14,589 nt of DNA from Bdellovibrionota bacterium (GTDB lineage: Bacteria > Bdellovibrionota_C > UBA2361 > JBIKUX01). The DNA is taken from contig JBIKUX010000041.1 in NCBI GenBank assembly GCA_044347345.1, positions 1-14,589 on the forward strand, in the 5' to 3' direction. Below the pieces are notes generated by a model. That model did no database searches and was not told where the DNA came from. It worked only from the letters and a program-made list of their open reading frames with translations. This document shows, one piece after another, positions 1 to 7,877 of this stretch. Position 1 is the stretch's first letter. Every line of letters starts with the position of its first letter. Position numbers and translations under genes: made by a program.

Positions 1-2
1 CA

Positions 3-1331
3 CTTCCTACGGTTTCAATTCCAGTAACTAAAACACCTGTACCATCTGCTACTCCTACACCTAAAAAAACAACTACAGTTACACCTACACCGATAGCTAC
101 TCGTACCGCTACAGTACCCACACCGACATCCACACCCACACCTACACTGACACCTTTACCTACATTAACACCTACTCGTATACCCGTAGTACCTACACCA
201 ACAATTATATCTTCACCTACACCTTTACCTACACCTTCACTTACACGCACTCCGACAGTAGTTACACCTACAAATACTCCTTTACCAACACTTACTCCAA
301 CGTTACCAACGCCAACACCAACACCAACACCAACACCAACACCAACAGCGAGTGGCACTCCCAACAATCTGGGCAAGGTACCAATGTTTATTGCCTCAGG
401 ACATGGTGCACGCACGATTACTTCATGTGATGACGGGAAAACTTGGATTGCTAACCACTTCTACGAAAATCGTAACGAAGACCATTCACAATATACAGAA
501 AAAGGCTTTGTTTACGGTAACGGCTTATTTATTCAACTACTGGGATGGGGTACTCCAACATCCGTTAAAATCAGTAAAAATGGTATAGACTGGATGCGAG
601 TCACAGGCGTTAGCGGAAGTGGCGGTATTGCCTTTATTAATCCGCTAGGAGGAGGATCTAATAATGGTGCTTTTATTACGATAGGTGGCTACGGCGGATG
701 CTCGCGTTCTACTAACGGAACAACTTGGAGTTCGTGCTTAGGACCCAACTACCCTCACGTATTAAGAGACGCAGGTGGAGGAGACTTATTTATCGGTGCC
801 GGAGGTGATATAGCCGCTCAATTTAGCTTTGATGGGGGCCTATCCTGGAGAGGTTCAGCTTCATGTAGTGCAGAGAGAGGTTTTGGAAACCTTGGTCAAG
901 AAGGCGGTTTTATCTCAGGAAACGGCGTCAGCGTCGTTGTTAGTAGCAACGGAACTTTTTGTCAAACTTCTGATAAAGGTATCACCTGGAAAACTGGTAA
1001 TTTAGGGACTCCAATCAGTGGTAAAGCTGTATTTATTGGTGGCAAGTTTTGGGCTCCCTACGGTAGGGGAGCCTTCACTAGTTCTGATGGAGTTACTTGG
1101 AATCAACATACCTTTAGTCCAGCTTCTACAAATATACATGCGATAGCCCGCAGTGATGTGACGGGAACTTTTGTTGGTATTGAGCGCACTTACTCTGACC
1201 CAGTAAATCGTTATTTCCGAAGCTCCGATGGTGGGGTAACTTGGTCACCTATAAGTGGGCCGGGGGGCACTAGTTTACGCCGCCTTGCCTTTGGCTACGG
1301 AGAACCATCAAAAGATTGCCCCTTAAAGTAA
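3..1331 (+). CDS. 5'-partial, probably secreted/surface protein: Pro/Thr-rich linker followed by an Asp-box (BNR) repeat beta-propeller domain
   Basis: The frame of the track ORF 384..1331 stays open back to the first full codon at 3 ([30 protein letters not shown]...[26 protein letters not shown]), so the ATG at 384 is internal. Seven Asp-box-like S-x-D/N-(x)-G-x-x-W motifs: [53 protein letters not shown]. The domain is Gly-rich with 6 Cys. The true start is outside the window. Confidence 0.85.
   Translation, partial: LPTVSIPVTKTPVPSATPTPKKTTTVTPTPIATRTATVPTPTSTPTPTLTPLPTLTPTRIPVVPTPTIISSPTPLPTPSLTRTPTVVTPTNTPLPTLTPTLPTPTPTPTPTPTPTASGTPNNLGKVPMFIASGHGARTITSCDDGKTWIANHFYENRNEDHSQYTEKGFVYGNGLFIQLLGWGTPTSVKISKNGIDWMRVTGVSGSGGIAFINPLGGGSNNGAFITIGGYGGCSRSTNGTTWSSCLGPNYPHVLRDAGGGDLFIGAGGDIAAQFSFDGGLSWRGSASCSAERGFGNLGQEGGFISGNGVSVVVSSNGTFCQTSDKGITWKTGNLGTPISGKAVFIGGKFWAPYGRGAFTSSDGVTWNQHTFSPASTNIHAIARSDVTGTFVGIERTYSDPVNRYFRSSDGGVTWSPISGPGGTSLRRLAFGYGEPSKDCPLK
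312..347 (+). repeat. Perfect hexanucleotide tandem repeat (CCAACA)x6 encoding (Pro-Thr)x6
   Basis: Read directly: ccaaca repeated six times at 312-347, preceded by a variant ccaacg at 306-311. It is in frame with the Pro/Thr linker. Confidence 0.95.
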
Positions 1332-1382
1332 GGCGATTTAGAGGCTAGAGTGATGCAATCATTATCTGTTCGTTCCTCTACT

Positions 1383-1400
1383 CTTAGCTTACAATTAAAC
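1383..1400 (+). promoter_or_regulatory. Candidate leader motif, copy 1 (CTTAGCTTACAATTAAAC), 1 nt before the ATG at 1402
   Basis: A near-identical copy lies at 5572-5591 in the same position relative to a start codon. Function is inferred only. Confidence 0.3.
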
Positions 1401-1401
1401 T

Positions 1402-2196
1402 ATGTCAGGCGAAAATGAAGAGAATATTGAGATAGAGATACGTTCATGCACTAGAGCCATTGATAATGTGCTAATGTTGGAAAAGCTTGCAGTTAGTTCA
1501 ATAATTTATATACCAAAATCATTTAATGATTTTACATCACTTCATCCCGAAGAAATAGCTTATGCAAAAGAGCGAAAATCGAGCGAAAGGCAACAAGAAT
1601 TTTTGCGAGGTCGCTTTGCTCTCAGAAAAGTTCTTCAAGATGAAGAGTTTGACTTTACTGACCCCATTCTGATCGCACCTCTCGGATTTCCTACACTTCC
1701 AAATGACGTTATTGGCACAGTAAGCCACAAATGCGGAGAAGTCATTGCCTTAATTGCTGACTCCAGCAAAATTTTAGGTGTCGGAGTGGATTTAGAGCAT
1801 CTAATCGCACCAGCGCGATTAAACAGAATCGCTAAATGGCTTGGGTTATATGATGACTTAACAAAAAAACCTGATGTACATAACGAGCAAGATGCTCGAT
1901 TTATTTTAGGTGAATTTTCAGCAAGAGAAAGCGCAATTAAAGCGGCTTCAATTGCATTTAAATATCTTCCGGGAATTCATTCGGTATCAATCGCTTGGCA
2001 ACAGTCAGAAACTGACGGAATCGAGCGGTTCAATTTTACTGTTCCTCTATCAAACATAAAAGAAAATTCTGACCAATATACTGTAGTTCAAAAAATGCTA
2101 GACAAACCTTCTCATATTCAAGGAGTAGGCTGGTGTACCTACAGTGAAAATTGGCTTGTTACCACAGCATTTATAGTGTCATCTAAAATGTACTAA
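1402..2196 (+). CDS. 4'-phosphopantetheinyl transferase (EntD/Sfp-like)
   Basis: Family motifs: LHPEE, RQQEFLRGR, GFPTLP...GTVSH, GVGVDLE (Mg-binding D-x-E) and FSARESAIKA (F-S-x-K/R-E-S-x-x-K). Confidence 0.88.
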   Translation: MSGENEENIEIEIRSCTRAIDNVLMLEKLAVSSIIYIPKSFNDFTSLHPEEIAYAKERKSSERQQEFLRGRFALRKVLQDEEFDFTDPILIAPLGFPTLPNDVIGTVSHKCGEVIALIADSSKILGVGVDLEHLIAPARLNRIAKWLGLYDDLTKKPDVHNEQDARFILGEFSARESAIKAASIAFKYLPGIHSVSIAWQQSETDGIERFNFTVPLSNIKENSDQYTVVQKMLDKPSHIQGVGWCTYSENWLVTTAFIVSSKMY

Positions 2197-2198
2197 CC

Positions 2199-3590
2199 AT
2201 GACAGCTCAAGAAGAAAATTCCCTACCTGTAAGTGCACTCATTCCAGACTCAGATACTGAAGATAAAATTGTAAATTTTGGTACTAAGATTTTTGAAGTT
2301 ATCCACAATTCACAGCCATCCTTATTTTCTAAACAGTTTTGGTCTGGCAGATTACTAGCATTAAGTATGGCTTATCCAGAACTTAAACGTGAGCTATTTC
2401 GACTAGTCGACGTTCTTCCTTCTTTAGACTCTGATATAGATATATACAAACATGTTCGGTCATATATATCTCCCAACCATATTAACAAAATTTCTCGAAT
2501 AATTACTCCTTTCTACAACTGGATGATGAAAGGAAACCAACATAATTATATTAGAAGCTCTACAGTGGCTTTTATAGTACGACGCGCAGTACAAGAAATG
2601 GCAGCTCAATTTATCGCAGGTAATAATCCCGTTGATGCGACCGATACATTAAAAAAACTGCAACAACATGGATTAGCCTTTACTGTAGATCTTCTAGGCG
2701 AATATTCGCTAAGTGAACAAGAATCAATCTCGTATCTTAATAGGTATCTTGAATGCATTAGAATATTAACTAAAAACTTTAACTCTACAGAGAGTACAAA
2801 TCATTCAACAGTGTGCGTATCAGTTAAACTTTCGGCACTCTACTCACAATGTAGTCCCCTAAATTTTACGAGAAGTGTGGCGATTTTATCGGAAAGATTG
2901 GGAATTATTGCTGAACTTGCTCAATCTTTAGGAGCGTCAATTTATGTAGATGCTGAAGACAGCTCCACAAATCCACTAATATACAGCGCATTTATGAATA
3001 CCTTTGGCAATGGCCCGTTACGTAGCTTTACTCGCCCGGGTGTCGTTGTTCAAGCATATTCAAAAGATTCAATGAGTACTCTTGAAATGCTACATAAGTT
3101 TGCTATTGAGCGAGAAAATCCGATTGCAATTCGTTTAGTAAAAGGAGCTTACTGGGATCATGAAACCATGATAGCCATCCAGCAAGGATGGGTTAGTCCT
3201 CTTCTCACACAAAAATGGGAAAGTGATGCACAATTTGAAAGGCTATCAACCTATCTTCTCACTCACAGAGATTGGATGTTTCCCGCTTTTGCCTCACATA
3301 ATATAAGGTCACTCTCTCATGCATGCATTCGAGCACAATCTTTAGGAATATCAGCAAAGGAATTTGAAATACAAACATTATTCGGAATGGCTGATTCAAT
3401 TACCAAGGCATTTAGTCATTTAGGTTATCTTGTTCGTGTTTATGTTCCACTTGGCGAAATGATACCCGGGATGGGATATCTTATTCGTAGATTACTTGAA
3501 AATACTTCTAATGAATCGTTTTTACGTCATACGTTCACCCAAAAAAGCAATATTAAATCACTTTTAGCATCGCCGCATCGGCATAAATAA
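2199..3590 (+). CDS. putA: Proline dehydrogenase (FAD-dependent TIM barrel), corresponding to the N-terminal half of a PutA
   Basis: Motifs LFRLVDVLPSL (PutA alpha-domain), QFIAG, FTVDLLGE, VSVKLSALY, VDAE, VVQAY, IRLVKGAYWD, FASHN, EIQTLFGM, RVYVPLG and YLIRRLLENTSNESFLR. Confidence 0.93.
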   Translation: MTAQEENSLPVSALIPDSDTEDKIVNFGTKIFEVIHNSQPSLFSKQFWSGRLLALSMAYPELKRELFRLVDVLPSLDSDIDIYKHVRSYISPNHINKISRIITPFYNWMMKGNQHNYIRSSTVAFIVRRAVQEMAAQFIAGNNPVDATDTLKKLQQHGLAFTVDLLGEYSLSEQESISYLNRYLECIRILTKNFNSTESTNHSTVCVSVKLSALYSQCSPLNFTRSVAILSERLGIIAELAQSLGASIYVDAEDSSTNPLIYSAFMNTFGNGPLRSFTRPGVVVQAYSKDSMSTLEMLHKFAIERENPIAIRLVKGAYWDHETMIAIQQGWVSPLLTQKWESDAQFERLSTYLLTHRDWMFPAFASHNIRSLSHACIRAQSLGISAKEFEIQTLFGMADSITKAFSHLGYLVRVYVPLGEMIPGMGYLIRRLLENTSNESFLRHTFTQKSNIKSLLASPHRHK

Positions 3591-3604
3591 GCGAAAAATT
3601 TATT

Positions 3605-5200
3605 ATGAGAACACTACCATTTTTTTCTAATGAGCCATTGACTGACTTTTCATTAGCAAAGAACAGAACGGAACTTGAACAAGCAATCAACCGATTGTTA
3701 GCAGATATTGAATTATCACCGCCTATTGCATACCCAATAATTGATGGCAACGAGATCACTTCCAGTGATGTACATTCACATCATGCTCCGAGTACAGGTA
3801 AAATTTGCTGTTATGTTCATTATTCTAATGTTGAACACAGCAATAAGACCCTTGATATACTAGCGCAAAATCAACTGAAATGGGCAGATACTTCATTTGA
3901 AGAACGAGCGTCTTATTTGGAAAAATTAGCATTACTCATAAGCGAAAATAAAATAAATCTCACCGCTCAAATTATCGTTGAAGTAGGAAAAACATGGAAA
4001 GAAGCCGATGCTGATGTAGCTGAAGCTATAGATTTTTGTAGGTATTATGCCATTTATGCCCGTTTCTACGGCTCTCCATTGATAACAGCAAACCTGCCTG
4101 GAGAGGAAAATATCTTAACATACCACCCTAGAGGAATTACTACGGTAATTGCGCCTTGGAATTTTCCCTTAGCAATAGCATGCGGTATGACAGTAGCCTC
4201 TTTAGTTGCGGGTAATGCAACAGTTCTTAAACCTGCGGAAGAATCTAGTGGCATAGCATTTACTCTGGCTAAGCTTATTCTTGCGGCTAAAATCCCAGCA
4301 GGTGTATTTGCTCTACTACCTGGGAAAGGTGAAACAATTGGTCGAGCTTTAATCGAAGATCCACGCACAACTACAATATGCTTTACAGGCTCACGCACGG
4401 TAGGTCTAGAAATTCTTGGCTTAGCAGCAAAAGTTCATCCAAAGCAAACTAGAATAAAAAGAGTTATTGCTGAAATGGGCGGTAAAAATGCCATTATAGT
4501 AGATGATGATGCAGACTTAGATGACGTTATTCGTGGAGTACTCTATTCAGCTTTTGGATACTCTGGGCAGAAATGTTCTGCTTGTTCACGACTAATTGTA
4601 GTTGGAAAAAGTACATACGAGAAATTATTAAATCGATTAAGTGAGGCTACAAAAGACTTAATCATTGGCTCAAGTCATAATTCTGATACTTTTATGGGAC
4701 CTGTAATTAGCAAAGAAACTGCTAAATCTATTTCAGACTTCATTGAACGTGCAAAGCATCTTCATAAAATCGTAACGATTGGTCACATACCTTCAGACTT
4801 GACCGGTTTTTTTGTGCCGCCGGTAGTATTTCGGGACGTCCCCGAAGAAACCCCTCTCTGGCAAGAGGAAATATTTGGTCCTGTACTAGCCTGTAACATG
4901 GCAAATAGTTTTAAAGATGCGGTAGCTATGGCTAATAGGTCAGAGTACGCTTTAACCGGCAGTGTCTACTCTCGTCATCCTGAGCATATTAATTATGCTC
5001 GTAAATACTTTGAGGTAGGAAATTTGTATATCAATAGAGGTTCAACAGGCGCACTAGTAGGACGCCAACCATTTGGAGGCTTTAAAATGTCTGGAATCGG
5101 CTCAAAGGCAGGCGGACCAGATTACCTTCTACAATTTCTCGAACCAAGAGTAACCTCTGAAAATACAACTCGTAAGGGATTTATCCCAGAAATAGATTAA
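3605..5200 (+). CDS. pruA: L-glutamate gamma-semialdehyde (P5C) dehydrogenase, corresponding to the C-terminal half of a PutA
   Basis: ALDH motifs FSNEP, EVGKTW.EAD.DVAEAIDF, IAPWNFPLAI, KPAE, FTGS..VG, EMGGKN, GQKCSACSR (catalytic Cys), EEIFGPV, GNLYINR and QPFGGFKMSGIGSKAGGPDYL. Confidence 0.95.
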   Translation: MRTLPFFSNEPLTDFSLAKNRTELEQAINRLLADIELSPPIAYPIIDGNEITSSDVHSHHAPSTGKICCYVHYSNVEHSNKTLDILAQNQLKWADTSFEERASYLEKLALLISENKINLTAQIIVEVGKTWKEADADVAEAIDFCRYYAIYARFYGSPLITANLPGEENILTYHPRGITTVIAPWNFPLAIACGMTVASLVAGNATVLKPAEESSGIAFTLAKLILAAKIPAGVFALLPGKGETIGRALIEDPRTTTICFTGSRTVGLEILGLAAKVHPKQTRIKRVIAEMGGKNAIIVDDDADLDDVIRGVLYSAFGYSGQKCSACSRLIVVGKSTYEKLLNRLSEATKDLIIGSSHNSDTFMGPVISKETAKSISDFIERAKHLHKIVTIGHIPSDLTGFFVPPVVFRDVPEETPLWQEEIFGPVLACNMANSFKDAVAMANRSEYALTGSVYSRHPEHINYARKYFEVGNLYINRGSTGALVGRQPFGGFKMSGIGSKAGGPDYLLQFLEPRVTSENTTRKGFIPEID

Positions 5201-5571
5201 TTAGGATGATAAAAACAAAATTTTAGCTTACATAGCTTATTTCTAAATTTCAGCTAAAGCTTATTTGTTTCTGCTTAATCACAATCTTCTGTTCCGTAAG
5301 ATATCATCAAAAGTTTTGTCGATATAACCGCCAGAACTTTTTACCCATCTCAAACCTTGTTCATTAAGCCGCCTCTCTTTTATCAACCATGATATTTCCC
5401 CAAACATAATTCTTAAATAATATAATATATAAAAACTATTAATTATTTCAGTGTCTAAAAATAACAAAAAACATCAGTAGCGATAAGTGAACAAAACAAA
5501 ACCCTCACTGCATCTCAATCTAAGAACCTATAAGATTACGATTCTTGCTAGTAGTTTTATAGTAACTGACA

Positions 5572-5591
5572 CTTAGGCTTACAAATTAAAC
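5572..5591 (+). promoter_or_regulatory. Candidate leader motif, copy 2 (CTTAGGCTTACAAATTAAAC), 2 nt before the ATG at 5594
   Basis: Differs from the copy at 1383-1400 only by one extra G and one extra A. Confidence 0.3.
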
Positions 5592-5593
5592 CA

Positions 5594-7873
5594 ATGACAA
5601 CTTCTCCTAACTCTGAAGAGCAAATAGACTACAAGCTCTCGGAGATAGAGCGTTTAATTGCCTACGGAGAGGAAGCCCAAATAATTTACAAGGCAATTGT
5701 TGATTTTGCTGTTTTCAACATTGGGATGGAATCAGCAACAATTTTCTTACCCTCAGAAAAATTGAACATTCGTCATTATGAAATAGCCAAATCTGGCGAT
5801 GAAAGGTCAGCTATCTCGCCAGAGTCTTACGAAGCAGAGAGATTAAATCATTTTCTAGACCAACATTTTTCAGCTCCACTTCACCATCATGCCAACAAAA
5901 CACACACTTTTGTTCATATAGTGCAACTCGGAAGCAATCTTGGTGCTCTCGTTGTCGCTCATCCAAACAATAGTATTGATAAAGAGCTTATACCTATTCT
6001 CAGTAGATTAGCTTTCCTTGCTGGAGTTGTATTTGAGCAACAACGACTTTCTGGAATGGTAACTCACTTTCTCGATCGTCTTCAGGTTCTAAATGAGCTC
6101 AACCAAATGATAGTCAGTAATGCTGGTTTAGAACGAATCATTAAGGCTATTTCTCGTGAAAGCGCTTTTCGATTTGCAGCGGATATATCACTTACATTCG
6201 TACTTAACGAAGAACAAACTCATTTTGAATCAAAAGGGGGTTACGGTTGTGCACCTCAAACAATTCCAAAAAAGATCCCTGTTGGTTCAGGTAATTTTCT
6301 TGAACAAGTTCTTAGAAGTGGAGGTCAGCTATCAATCTCTAATATCGATTCTCAAAAGGACTCTTCCCTTAGCTTTTTAAAACAGCTTGGTATTCAAGCA
6401 ATTGATTCTTGTTGTCTAGAAGTAAGAGAGGAGCCTCTAGGAGTTATCCTGATTGGATACCGTAGAGACAATATCATTAATAAAACTCTACTATCTCGAT
6501 TTGAAGAATTTGCCCGAGCGGCCGGTGTTGCCATCGGAAATGCTAAAAATCAAGAAAAACTAAGATCTTACACTGAGAGACTAGAAGAATTAGTAGAGTC
6601 GCGTACCGCTGACCTTGCTGTTCAAACCGCTCGAGCTGAAGATGCAAATCGAGCAAAATCTCACTTTTTAGCAAATATGAGTCATGAGCTTCGCACTCCT
6701 CTAACTGCTATTATTGGTTACTCTAGTGTTTTAGCTGAAGGCATCTTTGGTCCACTAAATGAAAAACAAATCGATGCCTTAACCGCAGTCACTCGTTCAG
6801 GCGAACATCTTAAAACTCTAATAGATGATGTTTTAAGTCTTGCTAGAATTGAATCTGGTAAAGAAGATCCAGAGCCAACAACTGTAAATATAGGTGACCT
6901 CCTTCGGCAGGTACACAAACTAATGGCTCAAAGTGCTCTTGAAAAAGGTATACATTTAGAGCCTCTGGGAGTAGAGAGCGAGATTTTAGAACAAGCACTA
7001 TTTGCAGACCAAAAACATCTCCATCAAATTTTAATTAACTTACTCTCTAATGCGATCAAATATACTCCCAAGAACGGTAGAGTATGGATCACTGCATTAA
7101 TCATTTTTGATAAGGCGAAGATTGAGGTTCATGATACGGGAGTAGGCATACCACCTGAAAAATTAGATGTTTTATTTGAGAGATTTGAACGAGGTAGTGA
7201 TTCCTACAGTAGAAGTCAACAAGGAACAGGAATCGGTTTAAATTTAACTAAAAGATTAGTAGAGCTTAACGCCGGACACATAGGAGTTGATAGTTATCCT
7301 GGTAAAGGTTCTACATTTTGGATCAGTATCCCTTTATCCGCACCAAGTAATTTGTCAAATGACCCAATTTTATCAGATTCAACTATCCCTATTCGCCTAG
7401 ATGGAGTTTCTATTCTCGTAGTAGATGATAGTCTCTACACAAAAAAAGCATTAACGCTCATCCTTTCAGCGGTAGGAGCTCAAGTAACTGAAGCTGGATC
7501 AGTACGTGAGGCTCTATCAGCTTTAGCAAGCTCTAAATTTTCTATGGTAGTTACTGATTTAGCTATGCCGGGAGAAAGTGGACTTGTTCTTCTTCGCGCT
7601 ATAAGAGCCCGAGAATATCCTGATAGCTCTTTACCTGTTGCTGTGGTAAGTGCTTGTGCTTTTGATAGTGATAAGGAAGCAGCTCTCAAGGCAGGAGCAT
7701 CATTATTTATTCCAAAACCATTCCGTCCCGTAGATCTTATCAAAGCCCTGAGAAGTAATATTCTTGCCGAAAAATCAGAACAAAAACCAAACAAAATTCT
7801 TCCCACTGCTAATGATATTCCAAACGAAGATAAGACTAATTCAAACTTAGATTATAAATATACGGAGACCTAG
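5594..7873 (+). CDS. Hybrid sensor histidine kinase/response regulator (GAF-like + GAF + HisKA + HATPase_c + REC), probably cytoplasmic
   Basis: H-box KSHFLANMSHELRTPL, N-box QILINLLSNAIKYT, G1 DTGVGI, F-box LFERF, G2 GTGIGL. Receiver motifs ILVVDD, VTDLAMP, VVSA, PKPF. Signalling-helix coiled coil LEELVESRTADL. GAF-end signatures LGVILIG...FARAAGVAIGNA. No clear transmembrane segment. Confidence 0.95.
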   Translation: MTTSPNSEEQIDYKLSEIERLIAYGEEAQIIYKAIVDFAVFNIGMESATIFLPSEKLNIRHYEIAKSGDERSAISPESYEAERLNHFLDQHFSAPLHHHANKTHTFVHIVQLGSNLGALVVAHPNNSIDKELIPILSRLAFLAGVVFEQQRLSGMVTHFLDRLQVLNELNQMIVSNAGLERIIKAISRESAFRFAADISLTFVLNEEQTHFESKGGYGCAPQTIPKKIPVGSGNFLEQVLRSGGQLSISNIDSQKDSSLSFLKQLGIQAIDSCCLEVREEPLGVILIGYRRDNIINKTLLSRFEEFARAAGVAIGNAKNQEKLRSYTERLEELVESRTADLAVQTARAEDANRAKSHFLANMSHELRTPLTAIIGYSSVLAEGIFGPLNEKQIDALTAVTRSGEHLKTLIDDVLSLARIESGKEDPEPTTVNIGDLLRQVHKLMAQSALEKGIHLEPLGVESEILEQALFADQKHLHQILINLLSNAIKYTPKNGRVWITALIIFDKAKIEVHDTGVGIPPEKLDVLFERFERGSDSYSRSQQGTGIGLNLTKRLVELNAGHIGVDSYPGKGSTFWISIPLSAPSNLSNDPILSDSTIPIRLDGVSILVVDDSLYTKKALTLILSAVGAQVTEAGSVREALSALASSKFSMVVTDLAMPGESGLVLLRAIRAREYPDSSLPVAVVSACAFDSDKEAALKAGASLFIPKPFRPVDLIKALRSNILAEKSEQKPNKILPTANDIPNEDKTNSNLDYKYTET

Positions 7874-7877
7874 CGGT

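Noticed and set aside
1..350. C/A-rich repetitive tract as a CRISPR array, telomere-like repeat or non-coding element
   Set aside because: There is no repeat-spacer structure. The periodicity is fully explained by Pro (CCN) and Thr (ACN) codons in one open frame.
352..588. 78-aa + strand ORF
   Set aside because: Alternative-frame overlap of the Asp-box protein with no recognisable motif.
3580..3605. Programmed -1 ribosomal frameshift joining the two putA halves
   Set aside because: No X-XXY-YYZ slippery heptamer at the only permissible position (cat aaa taa) and no evident downstream stimulatory structure.
1402..5200. Pyrrolyl-carrier-protein (prodigiosin/pyoluteorin-like) biosynthetic cluster suggested by PPTase plus proline oxidation plus a distant adenylating enzyme
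   Set aside because: The dehydrogenase is a PutA-type TIM-barrel enzyme, not an acyl-CoA-dehydrogenase-like prolyl-PCP oxidase. No carrier protein is present, and the AMP-binding enzyme has long-chain acyl-CoA ligase motifs.
5421..5426. TATAAT as a sigma70 -10 box for the kinase gene
   Set aside because: It lies in a nearly pure A/T tract where such matches are expected by chance, and there is no -35 element at proper spacing.
5408..5467. N-terminal extension of the 62-aa minus-strand ORF
   Set aside because: It has a non-ATG start and a low-complexity F/Y/I/L sequence typical of translated AT-rich intergenic DNA.
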